A stretch of 64,000 nucleotides of DNA from Octopus vulgaris. Its lineage: Eukaryota. Both the position numbers and the translations under genes were made by a program. Below, one piece after another: positions 25,035 through 38,678 of the stretch. The stretch spans positions 53,754,001 through 53,818,000 of the forward strand of contig OX597819.1 of NCBI GenBank assembly GCA_951406725.2, written 5' to 3'. The number at the start of each line of letters is the position of its first letter. Within the stretch, counting starts at the first letter, position 1. The notes under the pieces were generated by a model. The model did not search any database. It was not told the origin of the DNA and was given only the letters and a program-made list of their open reading frames with translations.

Positions 25035-25154
25035 TGGTAATTAATCTCACTCTTGTTATTGAGTTTGATGAATAGGTTTCCAAAACTCCAGATACAAGGA
25101 TTTTCTGATAATCATCGTTGATACAGAAATTATGACATCTTTTATCTTTCATCT

Positions 25155-25355
25155 TCTACTTGTTTCAGCCATTAGACTGCGGTCATGCCGGAGCACCGCC
25201 TTCAAGAGTTTCTAAATCCTGGTACTTATTCTATCGCTCTCTTTGCCGAACTGCTAGGTTACGGGGACGTAAACGCACCAACACCGATTGTCACGCGGAT
25301 GATGGGAAACAAACACAGACACAAGGACACAGATATACACAAACACACATACAAA

Positions 25356-25398
<43 letters not shown>

Positions 25399-26170
25399 AT
25401 ACTCACAGACACACACAAACACACATACTCACAGACACACACATGCGTATTATATAAAATCCGTTCTGTCTGTCTGTGTGTGTGTCTTCTAGGATCTCGG
25501 GCATCCTCCATCCGATTGCGCTCAAATTTGATATGTAGACACCAACGGTATCAGGGCGTGTATAAGTCTTGAAAAAATTACAAAAATCGATTCCAGGTGA
25601 GAATGCGATCGATAAAGCCGTTTTTGTCCTGCTTTTCTTCCGTCAACCTGTACATAACTGCACCTTCCATTTTTTGTTGTTTTTGTACTGCTTAAAGGCA
25701 CGTTTCTTTCCTACCAAGCTTACTGTTTAAACCATGTTTGTGTTCTCCCAGTCAACAGCCTTATCATTACTGGTACTTTAAACTGTTCGGTTGCATATTT
25801 GTGTGAATAAAATCGTTTTTCTTTGGAATAGAAAAAAGTCTATCTTTATTTCTTCTTTTGCTGGTGTCTCAAATTTAGGTTGAATCAGTGTTTCTCAAAG
25901 GGGAGGCCTATGAGACGGCCGGACAAGTTGTTTTGAGAAAATTTGGTTTAAATGTTTGACAACTCGGCACCGTCCATTGGACGGGGGAGGGGTGCTTTAA
26001 TATATATATATATTCAACAGGCTTCTTTCAGTTCCCGTCTACCAAATTCACCCACAAGGCTTTGGTCGGCGCAAGGCTATAGTAGAATACAATTGACCTG
26101 GTGCCACGCAGTGGAACTATGAACTTAGATCTATGTGATTGGAAGTAAACCTCTTACCATACAGTCACCT
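25155..26170 (-). mobile_element. SINE A split by a ~550-bp Helitron-like insert (about 25450-26000) in its internal microsatellite
   Basis: SINE halves at 25155-25440 and 26012-26170. The insert starts tatataaaatccgttctgtctg and ends near the hairpin ccgtccattggacgg. Confidence 0.7.
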
Positions 26171-26283
26171 CTGAAAATCAAAACAGTCTACATCCTTTAC
26201 CTTTTCTTTTCTCTCTCCCCCACGCCCTTTTTTTCGCCCCAGTAATAACATATAAATTCTAGTAATAATATATAAAAACAAAT

Positions 26284-26486
26284 GACGGCGAGCTGGCAGA
26301 ATTGTTAGCACGCCTACCGGCATTTCGTCCGTCTTTACGTCCTGAGTTCAAATTCCACCGAGGTCGATTTTGCCTTTCATTCTTTCGGGGTCGATAAAAT
26401 AAGTCCCAATTGAGCACTGGAGATCGATGTAATCAACTTAACCACATCCCCCGAAGTTGCTGGCCTTGTGCCAAAATTTGAAACCA
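26284..26486 (+). mobile_element. SINE family B, full length
   Basis: A and B boxes, central domain, gaaacc tail. Confidence 0.88.
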
Positions 26487-27327
26487 ATAATCAAAAAGCA
26501 TAAATAACCTAACTTGATTGAAGTGACACGAGTTTTCGTTTGAAATACCCAAATACAGATTAATATTGTAGAAATCAACGAGTGAAACAGTTTAGTTCTC
26601 GAGGGACCAACTTGATTTCCTGGTTTCAATTTTCGTCTAACTTCCTGAATTTTGTTGCCAACGCCCCCTGGGAGAAAAATGAACTCCAACATTTTTCCTT
26701 TCCCCCTTTTCTCTATATTCATGTTAGGTGCCTACGTAATTTATCATCTAATACATGTTAGCATTTAGATTTATCACGGTATTACGATATTGACAGCACT
26801 ATCGGATGTTGTAATACATTACTGATCACAATGCACTTCGCAATCGAATGATGCCACCTCGCTGACTAAGTGAGCAGGCCAACATTCCTCCCTCCCCCCG
26901 ATCGGAAGACTATTCTTTTATAGGTTACCCATTTACAGCTGAGTGGACTGGAGTAACGTGAAATGAAATGGTTTGCTCAAAGACACAATGCGTCACTTGG
27001 TCCTGGAATCGATCCCATGGTTAAAATATTTCAAACACAAGCATCAACTTGAAAGGAGGTGTATTCGATTACGGCAACCAATCAATCAGCATTGCGATGA
27101 AAACAAGGTATATTTAACACGATAAAAGGTTATATTTACTGACAAAGGTGATATGAGACCGCGTGATTTTATAACGTCAGATTTCGTGTTTGATCAAGCT
27201 TAGACACGGACTGACGTTGAAGTTAAATCATAATTATTTGTGATATACTGAAATCGGTAACAAAAGAGTGGAAAGCGATGCCGTTGCAATATAGTTCAGG
27301 GTAAAAGTCACACACGCATACACGCAT

Positions 27328-27358
<31 letters not shown>

Positions 27359-27463
27359 TGTGCGTGTGTATGCGTGTAGTTTTACCGTATAAAATGGGAA
27401 TCAGTCAAAATGATCATAACTAATTAGTGAATATGAGACCGCCATCTTTATGCCCTTAATTGT

Positions 27464-27502
<39 letters not shown>

Positions 27503-28841
27503 ACCTACATATACTACTGATATTACGATGCTTCTTGCGTGGACTGGCTGATAGATTGAAAATATCATTGGTATTCCTTTTGTGTACCTTGTTTGTAAAA
27601 TACACGTTGGAGTGTGGTCCTAACTGGCTGTATGTAGTTTTTTACATACCAAGATTAGTATTTTCCTTCGTCCTTCTCGTCCCTCTATACGGTTAATCCA
27701 CATTACTCCCCATGGAGCATACAGCCAGCTTACAAAATTTTTTTTTCCACGAGAGTTCCGGACCACGGTTATGAATTCATTTACATACACCCAATCAGAG
27801 CTTAACTATCAAACTCGTGTCCGCCTAGTCACGAAAATACTCTGGTTGAGTTCAGCGGAAAATGTGCATTATAGCAAAATCTAATTTTTCTAAACAGGTT
27901 AATAGGGGTGACAAATGTGAGATTTAGTGTATAAAGTTAATGGAGAGCTGCTCACCGATGATGCCATAAGTGTTGCCAATTTGCGCAATTTATTCGAAAA
28001 TGTAAATGAGTGTAGTTTCCTAATTTTTGACTGATTTTGTACATTCCTAATTTAAAACGTTGGTGTTGATCTGGAAACATCGTAATCAATATGGCGTTGT
28101 GTCGTATTGCGCCCTCCTGGCATATATCAATGGATACCTGCAGTATCACTAATCTCAGTCTCCATATAGAGATGGTGCTCAATTGATCTATGAGGATGGT
28201 GGAGGTGGGGAATGTGGTGTTATGTGAGACCTGCTATGCTGCACTCACAGAGTGTGTGTGTGTGTGTATACACCATTCTATGCCTAACTAGTTGTACTGT
28301 AGTAGTACGTATATGTGGATTTTCAAGGTGAGCTCTGATTGGCTGTATGCAAATGAGTGCATTACTGGGATCCGGAACTCTCGTAGGAAAAAAATTCACG
28401 GCCAGCTTCCCTGTTTCTCTGGCGTATATATTCCTCCCTGGACAGCACGCCTGTCCGTCACAGGATTACTGATTTTCACTAGCTGAATGGATTGGAGGAG
28501 CAACGTGAAATAAAGTGTTCTGTTGAAAAACACAACGCCTCACCTGGACCAGGAATCGAAACCACAATCTTACGATCATGAGTCCAACGTCTTAACCACT
28601 AAGCCATGTCCTTCTATGTAGGCTGAATGAAATTTTCTCCTTGTAGCAGCTAAAAGGAATTAAAAAAGAATAAAAGCTCATAGACACTTCCAACGTCCTG
28701 GAACTGAGAGTAACGTGTACTGTAGCAACAAACTCAATGCTAGCTTGTTAAATACGTCACTGAACCTAGAATCAGGTATTTAAATACCCTTTCGCAAAAT
28801 CAAAAGAGCGATATTAATTACTGATATTTATTTATCGATAG

Positions 28842-29142
28842 AGTGGAGACACATAGCCTAGTGGTTAAAGCAGCGGGATCGCGGATTCGAATCTCCGACC
28901 GGGCGATGTGTGTGTTTATGAGCGAAACACCTAAGCTCGATGCGGCTCCAGCAGAAGGTAATGGCGAACTTCTGCTGACTGTTATGACACAACTTTCTCT
29001 CACTCTTTACTCCTGCATCTTGCAGCTCACCTGCGACGGACCGGTGTCCCGTCTAGGTGGTGAACCTATCCGCCAAGGAAATAGGGAAACCGGCCCTAAT
29101 GAGCCAGGCGTGGCTCGAGAAGGAACAAACAAATAAACAACA
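28842..29142 (+). mobile_element. tRNA-derived SINE, head 2 plus tail Y, with TSD
   Basis: tagcctagtgg A box, gattcgaatct B box; TSD atttatcgatag (28830-28841) / atgtatcgatag (29143-29154); (aac)-rich tail. Confidence 0.85.
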
Positions 29143-29816
29143 ATGTATCGATAGGGCGGCGATCTGGCAGAATTGTTAGCGTGCCGAGCAAAATGCTTAG
29201 TGGCATTTCGTCTGTCTTCGTGTTCTGAGTTCCAACTCCGCCGAGGGTCAACTTTACTTTCAACCTTTTAGGGTCGATAAAATTAGTATCAGTTGAGCGC
29301 GGGGTTCGATGTAATCGACTTATTCTTCCACCAAAATAATGATAATTTCAGGCTTTGTGCTTTATATTAGAAAGGGTATTTGCATATTGACACTATTGAT
29401 ATATTAATAAGCACTCTTGCAACATCCTCAGTAGAGGAATCTTATCTAAGGAAATTTTGATAGCGTGGCCCCGATCAAAGCCACTATCCACTAGGCTACT
29501 GTTGTGGCCTAGCCCATGGTGGCTTTAAGAAGACTTTGTGTACCCATACATCCAACCCTTCCGATTCAGAGTCAAAGAAGATGATTTGGTTTCCATCCTC
29601 TTTCTCTTTTAAATGCTTGGAACCAACATATGTAAGAAGTTCCTGACTCATTTACTAAAGCATTGCGAAGCCGATCGGCATTGTATTCAATACAATTTAG
29701 TATAGCTTTGTTGTTATCTGATTAGTGCATAACAGCTCCTTTAATGTATAATATTCATTTCTGAAGACGCTAACAAAATTTGAAGTCAAAACTAACGCTA
29801 TAATGTATACAAACAT

Positions 29817-29889
29817 GCAAGGCGCTTTTGGCGTTGAGTATAGCTGAATTTAGCGAGTTTAACTATACTCGGTGGCCAAAGCGCCTTGC
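29817..29889. other. 73-nt imperfect hairpin (pre-miRNA-like or TE palindrome)
   Basis: Pairings gcaaggcgcttt/aaagcgccttgc, ggc/gcc and gagtatag/ctatactc with a short loop. Confidence 0.55.
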
Positions 29890-30110
29890 TTCGTAAGGAC
29901 GTTGTTAGGTAAGTAAACTTCGATAATTGTGGCAGAAATCCGAACAAGAGCATGTTTTGGGAGAGTATCATGTAATAGAATTAATATATTTCGCTCTCCT
30001 TGTTTCGTTTTTATTTTTGTCTTCTCGAATGTTTAATATTGTTTATATAAAAGATTGATTTATTAATGCACATACATACATATACATATGCACGTCCACT
30101 TATATATGAG

Positions 30111-30179
<69 letters not shown>

Positions 30180-30443
30180 TTGTGTGTGTTTGTGTGTGTG
30201 TGTGTGTGTGCTCCAACATGACCACAGCCAAATGACTGAAACAAGTAAAAGAGGAAAAGAGAATATATATATATATATATATATACACGCATGCACACAC
30301 GCAGACATACACACACGTGCGTACACAGACACATACACACACAAGCATAGACACACACACTTTTGTGTTCTCAGTATACGGAATATAAGAGAAAGACAGA
30401 GAGAATGAGAGAAGGAAGCGTCTTGAAAAAGGGAGGAAAAGAA

Positions 30444-30499
<56 letters not shown>

Positions 30500-31487
30500 T
30501 TATAGTAATTTATCGTAGCAGATCTTGGATTACACCACAAAAACAACAACCCCACAGCAATATATCAATAAATGTGATGTTAGACATTGACGAACTACAC
30601 CTGTTAGTTCAATACAATTTAGTATAACGTGTTGTTATCTGATTAGTGCATTTATTTTTATTTAATAACAGCCCCATTAATGTATAATATTAATTATTGA
30701 GGACGCTAACAAAATCTGAACTTAACTCATATATATATACTCAACTACTGAGTAGATAGAATATTCTTCGCTGAGGGGTCTAAGTAATGCCGAAACATGT
30801 CCGTTGCTTTCTAAAATTTGTTGTAAAGATATACTACAATATATTACCATCTGCATCGTCTTTATTTCCACCAAATTTCGACTGGTTGATCTCACTGGAG
30901 TTACTTACAATGGTTTTTATTTTTTAAATCCTAAACATCCTTGGGAGTTTTTGCTTACTAATTGCTTTGCTTGTTTCAGTCATTTGAATGCAACCACGCT
31001 TGGGCCACCGACTTGAAGGGTTTGAGTCGAATGAACCAACGCTAGTACTTATTATTTAAGTTTGTTACTTATTCTATCGGTCTTATTTCCCTGAACTGCA
31101 AAATTACGGGGACGTAAACAGTAAACAAAACTGTTTGTCAAGTAGTGCACACACAACGGGTTTCCCACACGATTTCTGTCTACCAAATTCACTCACAAGT
31201 CATCGGTCGGTCCGGGGCTATAGTAGAATACATTTGCCTAAGGTATTGCGCAGTAGAACTAAGCTCAAGACCACGCGATTACAAAGGGACTTTCTTAACC
31301 ATACAGCCAATTTTTCGGCTCACATCGTTTATCTTTTATCTTTTATCGTTTACTTGTTTCAGTCATTAGACTGAGGCCATGCTGGGGCAAAGAATTTACC
31401 AAATCTGAACATATTTGACCATTCTGTGTGATTTATTTCTTCGAAACAATACAGGCCTGTACTAATAATTTCTAGTAACGAAGTAGT

Positions 31488-31643
31488 GACCCTTAGTCGA
31501 GAACAGTGTCGGTCGGGGAGTTTGACTGGGGCGGTACGTCTGTCAAACGGTAACGCAGGTGTCCCAAAGCGAGCTCAGCGTAGACGGAAACCACACGTCG
31601 AGCAAATGGGCAAAAGCTCGCTCGATCTCGATTTTCAGTACGA
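31488..31643 (+). pseudogene. Isolated 28S rRNA fragment (domain V, peptidyl-transferase region)
   Basis: ggggagtttgactggggcggtac..ctgtcaaacggtaacgcaggtgtcc...gcgagctcag...gggcaaaagctcgct.gatct.gattttcagtacga is conserved eukaryotic LSU rRNA sequence; the flanks are not rDNA. Confidence 0.92.
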
Positions 31644-33951
31644 TCTGCTTGTAATAACAGCTAAATTTCCCTCAAATTACACTCGTAACCCCTTCAATAT
31701 AGAATTGTCTGGGCAATGTAATCTCTGATAAGAAAAAAGATGGGACGGCCACGACTGGAACCCCTCTTGAATCTTAGTTTGCTCAATAAAGGCTGACTTG
31801 GCTAAACTACTTGATGTTATTGTCATTTTAGTCGATGTTATAGTTGTTGTTTTTGCTGTTGCTATAGTTGTTGGTGGTGATAGTAGCGGTTGCGGTAGCG
31901 GTGGTAGTTATGATGGTGGTGTTGGTGGCACTGTTGGTGTCATCTTTTTTTGTTGTTGTCATCATCGATATCATTTGTAACACCCTCTCTTTAAACATTT
32001 TGTTGTTAAAATCAATATATTGGCTTGACGTCCAGAGAGTACACTACAGAAAATCAATATCCTGTGAAATCGATGCTGATTTAAAAAAAAAAAATAATAT
32101 AAAGGTATCATTATAAACGCAACAAGTATAATATCAATAGGATATTATTTAACACCTCTGTGAGAATTAATTACTGGGAGTGGATACCAAATAGTTTAAT
32201 GTTCCTTGTTAGTTCTTTAATGGCAGATCTGTATAGCATACATTATACGAGTCTATTTGAGATTCTGATGAGAAGAATACTTTCTAAGTAGGCATTGAAA
32301 TGTATCACTATAACCATTTCGTGGCATTTGGTCATTATTGCTCACACACACACACACACACACACACAAATGATGATAATGTTGGTGATGATGATGATGA
32401 TGATGATGGTTGTAGTGGTGGTGGTGGTGGTGGGGTGATGATGATGACGACGACGATGATGATGATGATAGCACTCAAATCCCATGGAAGTCAATTTTGC
32501 CCTTCATATTTTCGGGGTCGATAAAATAAGTAGCAGTTAAGCACTGGGGTCGATATAATCGACTTATCCACTCCCACGTAAAATTTCAGGACTTGTGCCT
32601 GTAGTAGAAAGGATTGTGTGTGTAGTTAGACAGTGATGACGTGGTGGTGGTGGAGGAGGCGGCGGCGGCGGTGGTGGTGGTGGTGGTGGTAGCAGTTCTT
32701 CGTGTCCGAAGATCTTAAGGAAGAACGGCAAACCCTTAGGAGGCTATGCAAACCGGTCCTTGAACGACAGGCTTTGGCACATATATTTATGTGTTAGAAA
32801 GGAAAATAACTCTGTTATTAAAATTTATACCACTCATAATTCATGTAGAATTTTGAAACAAATATCAACTATAATTTAAAATATTATCTATTTTTCTTTG
32901 CTAAGTCGTCTACAGGATGTAAAAAAAAAGCGTATGCCATCTTCGTGCAATTCAGCGCTATGAATTCCCGTTTGTTAAAATACTATTCTTTAACAGACAA
33001 TCCCTGAACACACTCTTGCACGCACAGAACATTCAAAACCATCGAACATTTCTAACTAATAACATATACAGATAGCTATCGAGGAAAACTCCTTAATCTA
33101 TCTAGTCTACATGAATTAACTACCACATTTCCCTTAATGTAATATTATTCTGTATAGCTATTAATTTCTCTTTTTGTGCGAGCGCTTATGCCTAGTTACT
33201 GTTATACTTAATCATTTATAGTTTTCGATATTTTATATTTTTCTTCTATGTATTCATTAATATTTGTTTTTACATTCATATATGCATTAGGTAACCCGCA
33301 TATTATTCATCCTTTACGCTTTATAATTCATACTTAATTGTTTGCTTTCTCTCCCCATTTCCCCCTTTCTACTCATTCACTTATCTGGTATTATAATAAT
33401 AATAATAATACCACAATACAAAACTGTATCTAATAAGTGCAAACTTCGTTGTTTTTTTTTTTTTATTTTTCTCAACTAGTCCCACTGAATATAAATATGA
33501 CATCATTCTTATACAGCGTTTCTAAACGAGCAGCCCAATTAATCTATGACTTCTACACTATATTGTCAAACAAATGTATGTATCCATACCAATCTTTTAA
33601 ATCCTCTTTTTTTGTCCCCATCCCTCATTTCTCTCTGTATTCTGTATATATGTCTGATCTAGCAATTAACTTCCCAACAGTTTTAATTCTGGTTAAAAAG
33701 TACACGTTGATAGATTAAATCAACAGCCCTTACAGACATCCAGTCTTTCGTCCAAAGCCTAGTTATAATCAACACTTAAGAAATGCTCACCAACGTGCTT
33801 ATTGTATCTTGAGAGCATATATCTATAATTAAGCTAACTATATAATTATTTGTATCATTATTTCCTTTCGTAAAAGGACATACAAGTTAATGCCATCGTA
33901 TTGTCAGTAGAAAAACACTTTTTATATATTGCTACCATATATTTCTAATAT

Positions 33952-34168
33952 CGATTTCAAATCTTGGCACAAGGTCAGCAAATTCGAGCGAGGGTATAAG
34001 TTGATTACATCGACCCCAGTGTTCAACTGGTACTTATTTTATCGACCCCCGAAAGGGGTGATAGGTAAAGTCAACATTGGTGGAATTTGAACTCAGAACG
34101 TAAAGACGGAAGAAATTCCGTTAAGCATTTTGCCCGGCGTGCTAACGATTCTACCAGCTCGCCGCGTT
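33952..34168 (-). mobile_element. SINE family B, full length with 15-bp TSD
   Basis: atatatttctaatat at 33937-33951 and 34169-34183. Confidence 0.92.
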
Positions 34169-34429
34169 ATATATTTCTAATATTAAATCAGGTTCGAAGC
34201 AACACATCATTTGATTACTGTTTGGAAATCTTAATAATCCTTTACCATTAGGAATCAAATTTTAATTTTTTTTTTGTTCTAAATATTAATAACAAACACA
34301 CTTCTAATATTAAACACAAACCATTTGGTAGAAATTTTGCAATCATAATAGTGTTATCAATCTTATATTTAAACTCCCAAATCACCCATTTTTGAATTAT
34401 AACACGGCCTTCTTTTAGCTGTCATAAAT

Positions 34430-34935
34430 CTCGCCAAGTCGACTCCGGTGGTATTTGAACTCAGAACATAAAGTCGGACAAATGCAGCTCGCTGCCTTGG
34501 CAGGGAGAGAAATATTAGTTTCACATTCTGGTACAAAGCCATACATCGACCCCAGTGCTCGATTGGTATTTATTTTGTCGACCCTCAAAGGATGAAAGGC
34601 CAAGGTGACCCCGGCAGAATTTTATCTCAGTACGTGACAAGACGGACAAAATACCTCTAAGCATTTTATCCGGCATACTGACAATTCTGATAGCTCGCTG
34701 CCCTAAATGAGGAAAGAAATATTGGTTTCAAATTTGGCACAAGGCCAGCAATTTCGGGGGAGGAGGTAAGTCGATTACATCGTTCCCAGTACTCAACTGC
34801 TACTTATTTTATCGACCCTGAGAGGATGAAAGGCAAAGTCAAACTCAACAGAATTTGAGCTCAGAACATGGAAACAGGCGAAATGCTGCTGAGCATTTTA
34901 CCTGGCTTCTAACGATTCTGCCAGCTCGCCGTCTT
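34430..34935 (-). mobile_element. Tandem SINE B copies (about 3, head to tail)
   Basis: Repeated cagctcgc.gcc heads, each followed by a gagaaatatt-type spacer. Confidence 0.8.
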
Positions 34936-37492
34936 GGTCGGAATAGAGCTATTAAAATGAGAGAGCGTCTGATCTCATATAAGTCAGCGTGGAATCAACG
35001 ACGCCAAAACGTCGCCTACTCGATAAAGTAGTATGAATCTAGGGTGGTGGATTGGCGGAACAAGTTAGAAGATCGGGTGGTAATTTTTCTGGCTATTCGC
35101 ACTTTAGCGGCAACACGTGCAATGACACTGGTGTTAAGCTGTATCGGTCCACGCAATCCGTATTGATTCAAGGGATAAATATCGGTGGGTTGGAGAAGGA
35201 AGAGTTGCATGCTTGGACAACAGCTAATCTTCCTCAAAAAATTTTTTGCCCAGGCCTGCATCATACCTGTGCAGATGAATGGACAACACTGACCCACGGA
35301 GGCCCTGCAATATTACTCACAATCCTAATATATATTATCTAACAATTTCCTGAAGAAGGCCAATTTATCAATCACCATTATGGTTATTTAATTCATTTTC
35401 TATTTCTGTTTCATGTTATTTACTCTCAATCCAATCTCTCCTATTTTTCCTTACTGCTTCTATAGGTTCCTCTCAGGTCGATCGCTTAGATATTTTATTC
35501 CCTTTCATCATAATTTAAATTTTATTATAACATTTAACTATTTGTAAAACTTACATTTTTTGCATTTAACGTTACAAACATAAGTAATAACACTTAAATA
35601 AAAACTATCATAAACACATTTAAATTGATTATATATCTCTGTGTACTTAACATATACATAAATAACAGCAATTGTCGTCCATATAAAACTTTGTAAAATT
35701 AAAATTAGAAATTACTTGGTTTTTATCTCATGTTTTTAAAGATAATTATTTACTTGTTGAATTTACCTTTACGTAGTTAATATTATATACATATAAACCT
35801 TAACCTGAAACGAATAATTTATACGGTTTCAAATTAATAGATGTAGCAGTATGTTCGTTGGAGAAAAGTAAAAGAAAAAGGTTTATGGTTTTTGGTTGAA
35901 CTTTTGCATTTATACCTGAACAAACTTAGCTGCAGGTCAGTAATATCAAAAATCTTGCGTCCACTAGGAAGGGTTACAGGTCACAGAATGGGAGTTAGAA
36001 AAATATAGGGTTTGGGGCTCGGGAAGAGCGTGTACTGTATAGTGGTGAATTTTCTGAGAAACTTTTACCCAACAGCAAATATTTGTTGTTCTGAAACTTG
36101 GTGTTTGATTCGAGCAATTGCAACAGAGTAAGTTCTGCTCGAGGCAATCAAGGACCAGAATATGCCATCAAACAAAACTGTGTACTCATCGCAAGTATCT
36201 AAGGCTATTCAAACTGGAAGTATTTACTCGTAGGTTCATACACAAATAAGGTATATGTGTGAAATGAGAATCCCACGTAACCGATTGAGATATCCATCGG
36301 TGTTGGAGTTTCGTGTGTAATGAATTTAACATAGCATTAACTGTTTATCACAACGGACTTGTTATCCAGTGATAGGACGAACTAAGACGATTAGTGTACT
36401 ACGGTGTAATATTAAACATTTCCAGAATGTCTGACAGCTATTCCTGACTGTTATATGAATGAAGTGTTCTGCGCAAAAGCATAGCGAAAGACTCATAACA
36501 GATTTGATCTCATGACGCACAAGATGGGTCATTACCTTATCCAATTGGCCATGTTGCCGTTAAGTATAGTTAATGTTATTAGCACTAAAACTTGGTTGAC
36601 ATGACAGAGCAATTTCCTTTATTTCATTCAATTCCTACACAGTTTTAAATTTTGTGGTTTTCATTTTTGCTTTTTATACCTTCAATTTTTATAAAATGAA
36701 TATCAGTAATAAACTTAAATGGTTATCTTTAGCATCTGATCGTGTTTAGTACCAAGAAGGTCGTATGACAGAACGTCTTGCAGTATTTAATTTCTTTCCT
36801 TCTTAGACCTCGAATTCAAATCCTACCGAAAGCATCTTCACTTTCCATCATTCTGGGGTCGACAAAATAAGTATCAACCACGTACTGGAGTTGGCTCGAC
36901 TGAATTTTTCGACGTCCATGCCTCCCCGCCACCTTTCATTATCGGCGTTGGATCTCATAGATTAAGAATTTAGGGCTGTGGTTCATATATATTTATCATT
37001 GAACCTTTAGTGCTATGATGTTGTAATTATGTCGTGTTGTTACATATTGTGGTTTAATGCCATCTGTTCTTATACCCTTGGCGTTATATATCCAATCAAC
37101 CACTACCTCAGTCTTCTCTCTCTCTCTCTCTCTCTCCCTCTCTCTGTCTTACATAAAAAATCTATTCTCCATCTCTTCCTCTCTCTCTCTTTTCATCTAG
37201 ATTATCCGATATATATTTGTTGTGCACAATACGTGTATCAGTCTTGAGTTTTTGATCAACGATGCATAAAATAAATCTCTCTCTCGACATACTTGTTACG
37301 ACTAGTGCTATCATTATTGCTGCAGTTGTTGTTTGCCGTTGTTGGCGAAGTCTTGTTATTGTTGGTGTTGTCGATGTTATAAATGCATGCTCAAACATGA
37401 ATAACGCTGTCATGTGTTCTCCACCTGATCTCAATTACAGGATTCAGTATAATTCAGCTGCCTCGTTGGCCTTGTTGGAACCATCTCACACA

Positions 37493-37527
<35 letters not shown>

Positions 37528-38394
37528 ATCTCCCTCTCTCTCCCTCCGCCAACCAATTTACTCTGCTCTAATTGGTAGAATGTCTGATGTCCTCTACTGT
37601 CTCTCCCCACACACTTTCTTACCTCAAGAGTTTTATTAACAACTCACCTGAAGGACTTCATAGGGGGAAAAATGCCATCATCAATTCTTAATGTCAACAG
37701 TTTGTTGAGATCCTCACATTAAATTACTTTAAGCAGCAGCAACAACAACAACAGCGACAATAACAATAACAACACAATTATGAGTTAGCGATTCTATCAT
37801 GGCCCAGTTGCACATCACTCAGGCAACTCGAACTCGCTACTACAATATAACGAAACATTCGTAAAATTGTGCGGTACTATCACTGACAACAGTTCGGGAA
37901 ACTGAGGAAACTAGCTAGATCCCCCCCCGCCGCCACCACCACCACAATTCGGGTAATTTTCTTGAGTCACCATCTTACCTCTGCACGCCAATCCGTTGCA
38001 ATGTTACCCTGTCACTACTCATTTACAGGTGAGTGGACCGGAGCAACGTGAAATGAAGATTTTTGCTCAAGAACACAACGCACAACTGGAAATCGAAACC
38101 AGGTTCTCGCGATCGTGAGTGTAAGAGCCTAACTACTAACCCACACGCCTCCAACTACTAGCCCGCGCACCTTAACTAGAAGTACAGGTGTACCCACCTG
38201 TTTGTGTCGGATTCGTGATGCTGAATAAACACGATCGAATCTAGCGGAAAGTTCGATAACTTAGTCGTCGTGGTAATCCTAACTCTGCTGACAGGCTATC
38301 GATTACACAGATGATAATGTTTACTTCACTGCTAAACTTACCATCGATGATAATGCTTTGGCTGTCGTTGTTGCTTATCCTTGTGTCAGTTCTG

Positions 38395-38588
38395 ATGATC
38401 GAATTCAAATTTATGATCAAAGTCCTAATGATCGGAATCGGCCTTATGATCAAAGTTAAGCCCATGATCAAAGTCGAACTTAAGATCAAAGTCCTGGTGA
38501 TCGGAGTAGGCTTTATGATCAAAGTCGATCAAAGTCAAACTTATGACCAATGTCGAGCCTATGATCAAAGTCGAACTTATGATCAAAG
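38395..38588. repeat. Minisatellite with atgatcaaagtc core (15/18-bp units)
   Basis: About 11 gatc-centred units such as tatgatcaaagtcgaact. Confidence 0.9.
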
Positions 38589-38607
38589 CTGTCTCAGCCT
38601 TGACCCC

Positions 38608-38678
<71 letters not shown>

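Noticed and set aside
27870-28210. Possible Tc1/mariner C-terminal remnant (PPSS...SIW on the minus strand)
   Set aside because: Too degenerate to support without a translated search.
31488-31643. Functional rRNA gene
   Set aside because: Only 156 bp, with no adjacent rDNA.
32258-32308. CTGATGA...GAAAT GTA as a hammerhead
   Set aside because: Stems I and II do not pair convincingly.
35350-35365. CTGAAGAAGGCC, a PLE-like hammerhead start
   Set aside because: The second half of the motif is absent, and the upstream 96-aa ORF has no motif I recognise.
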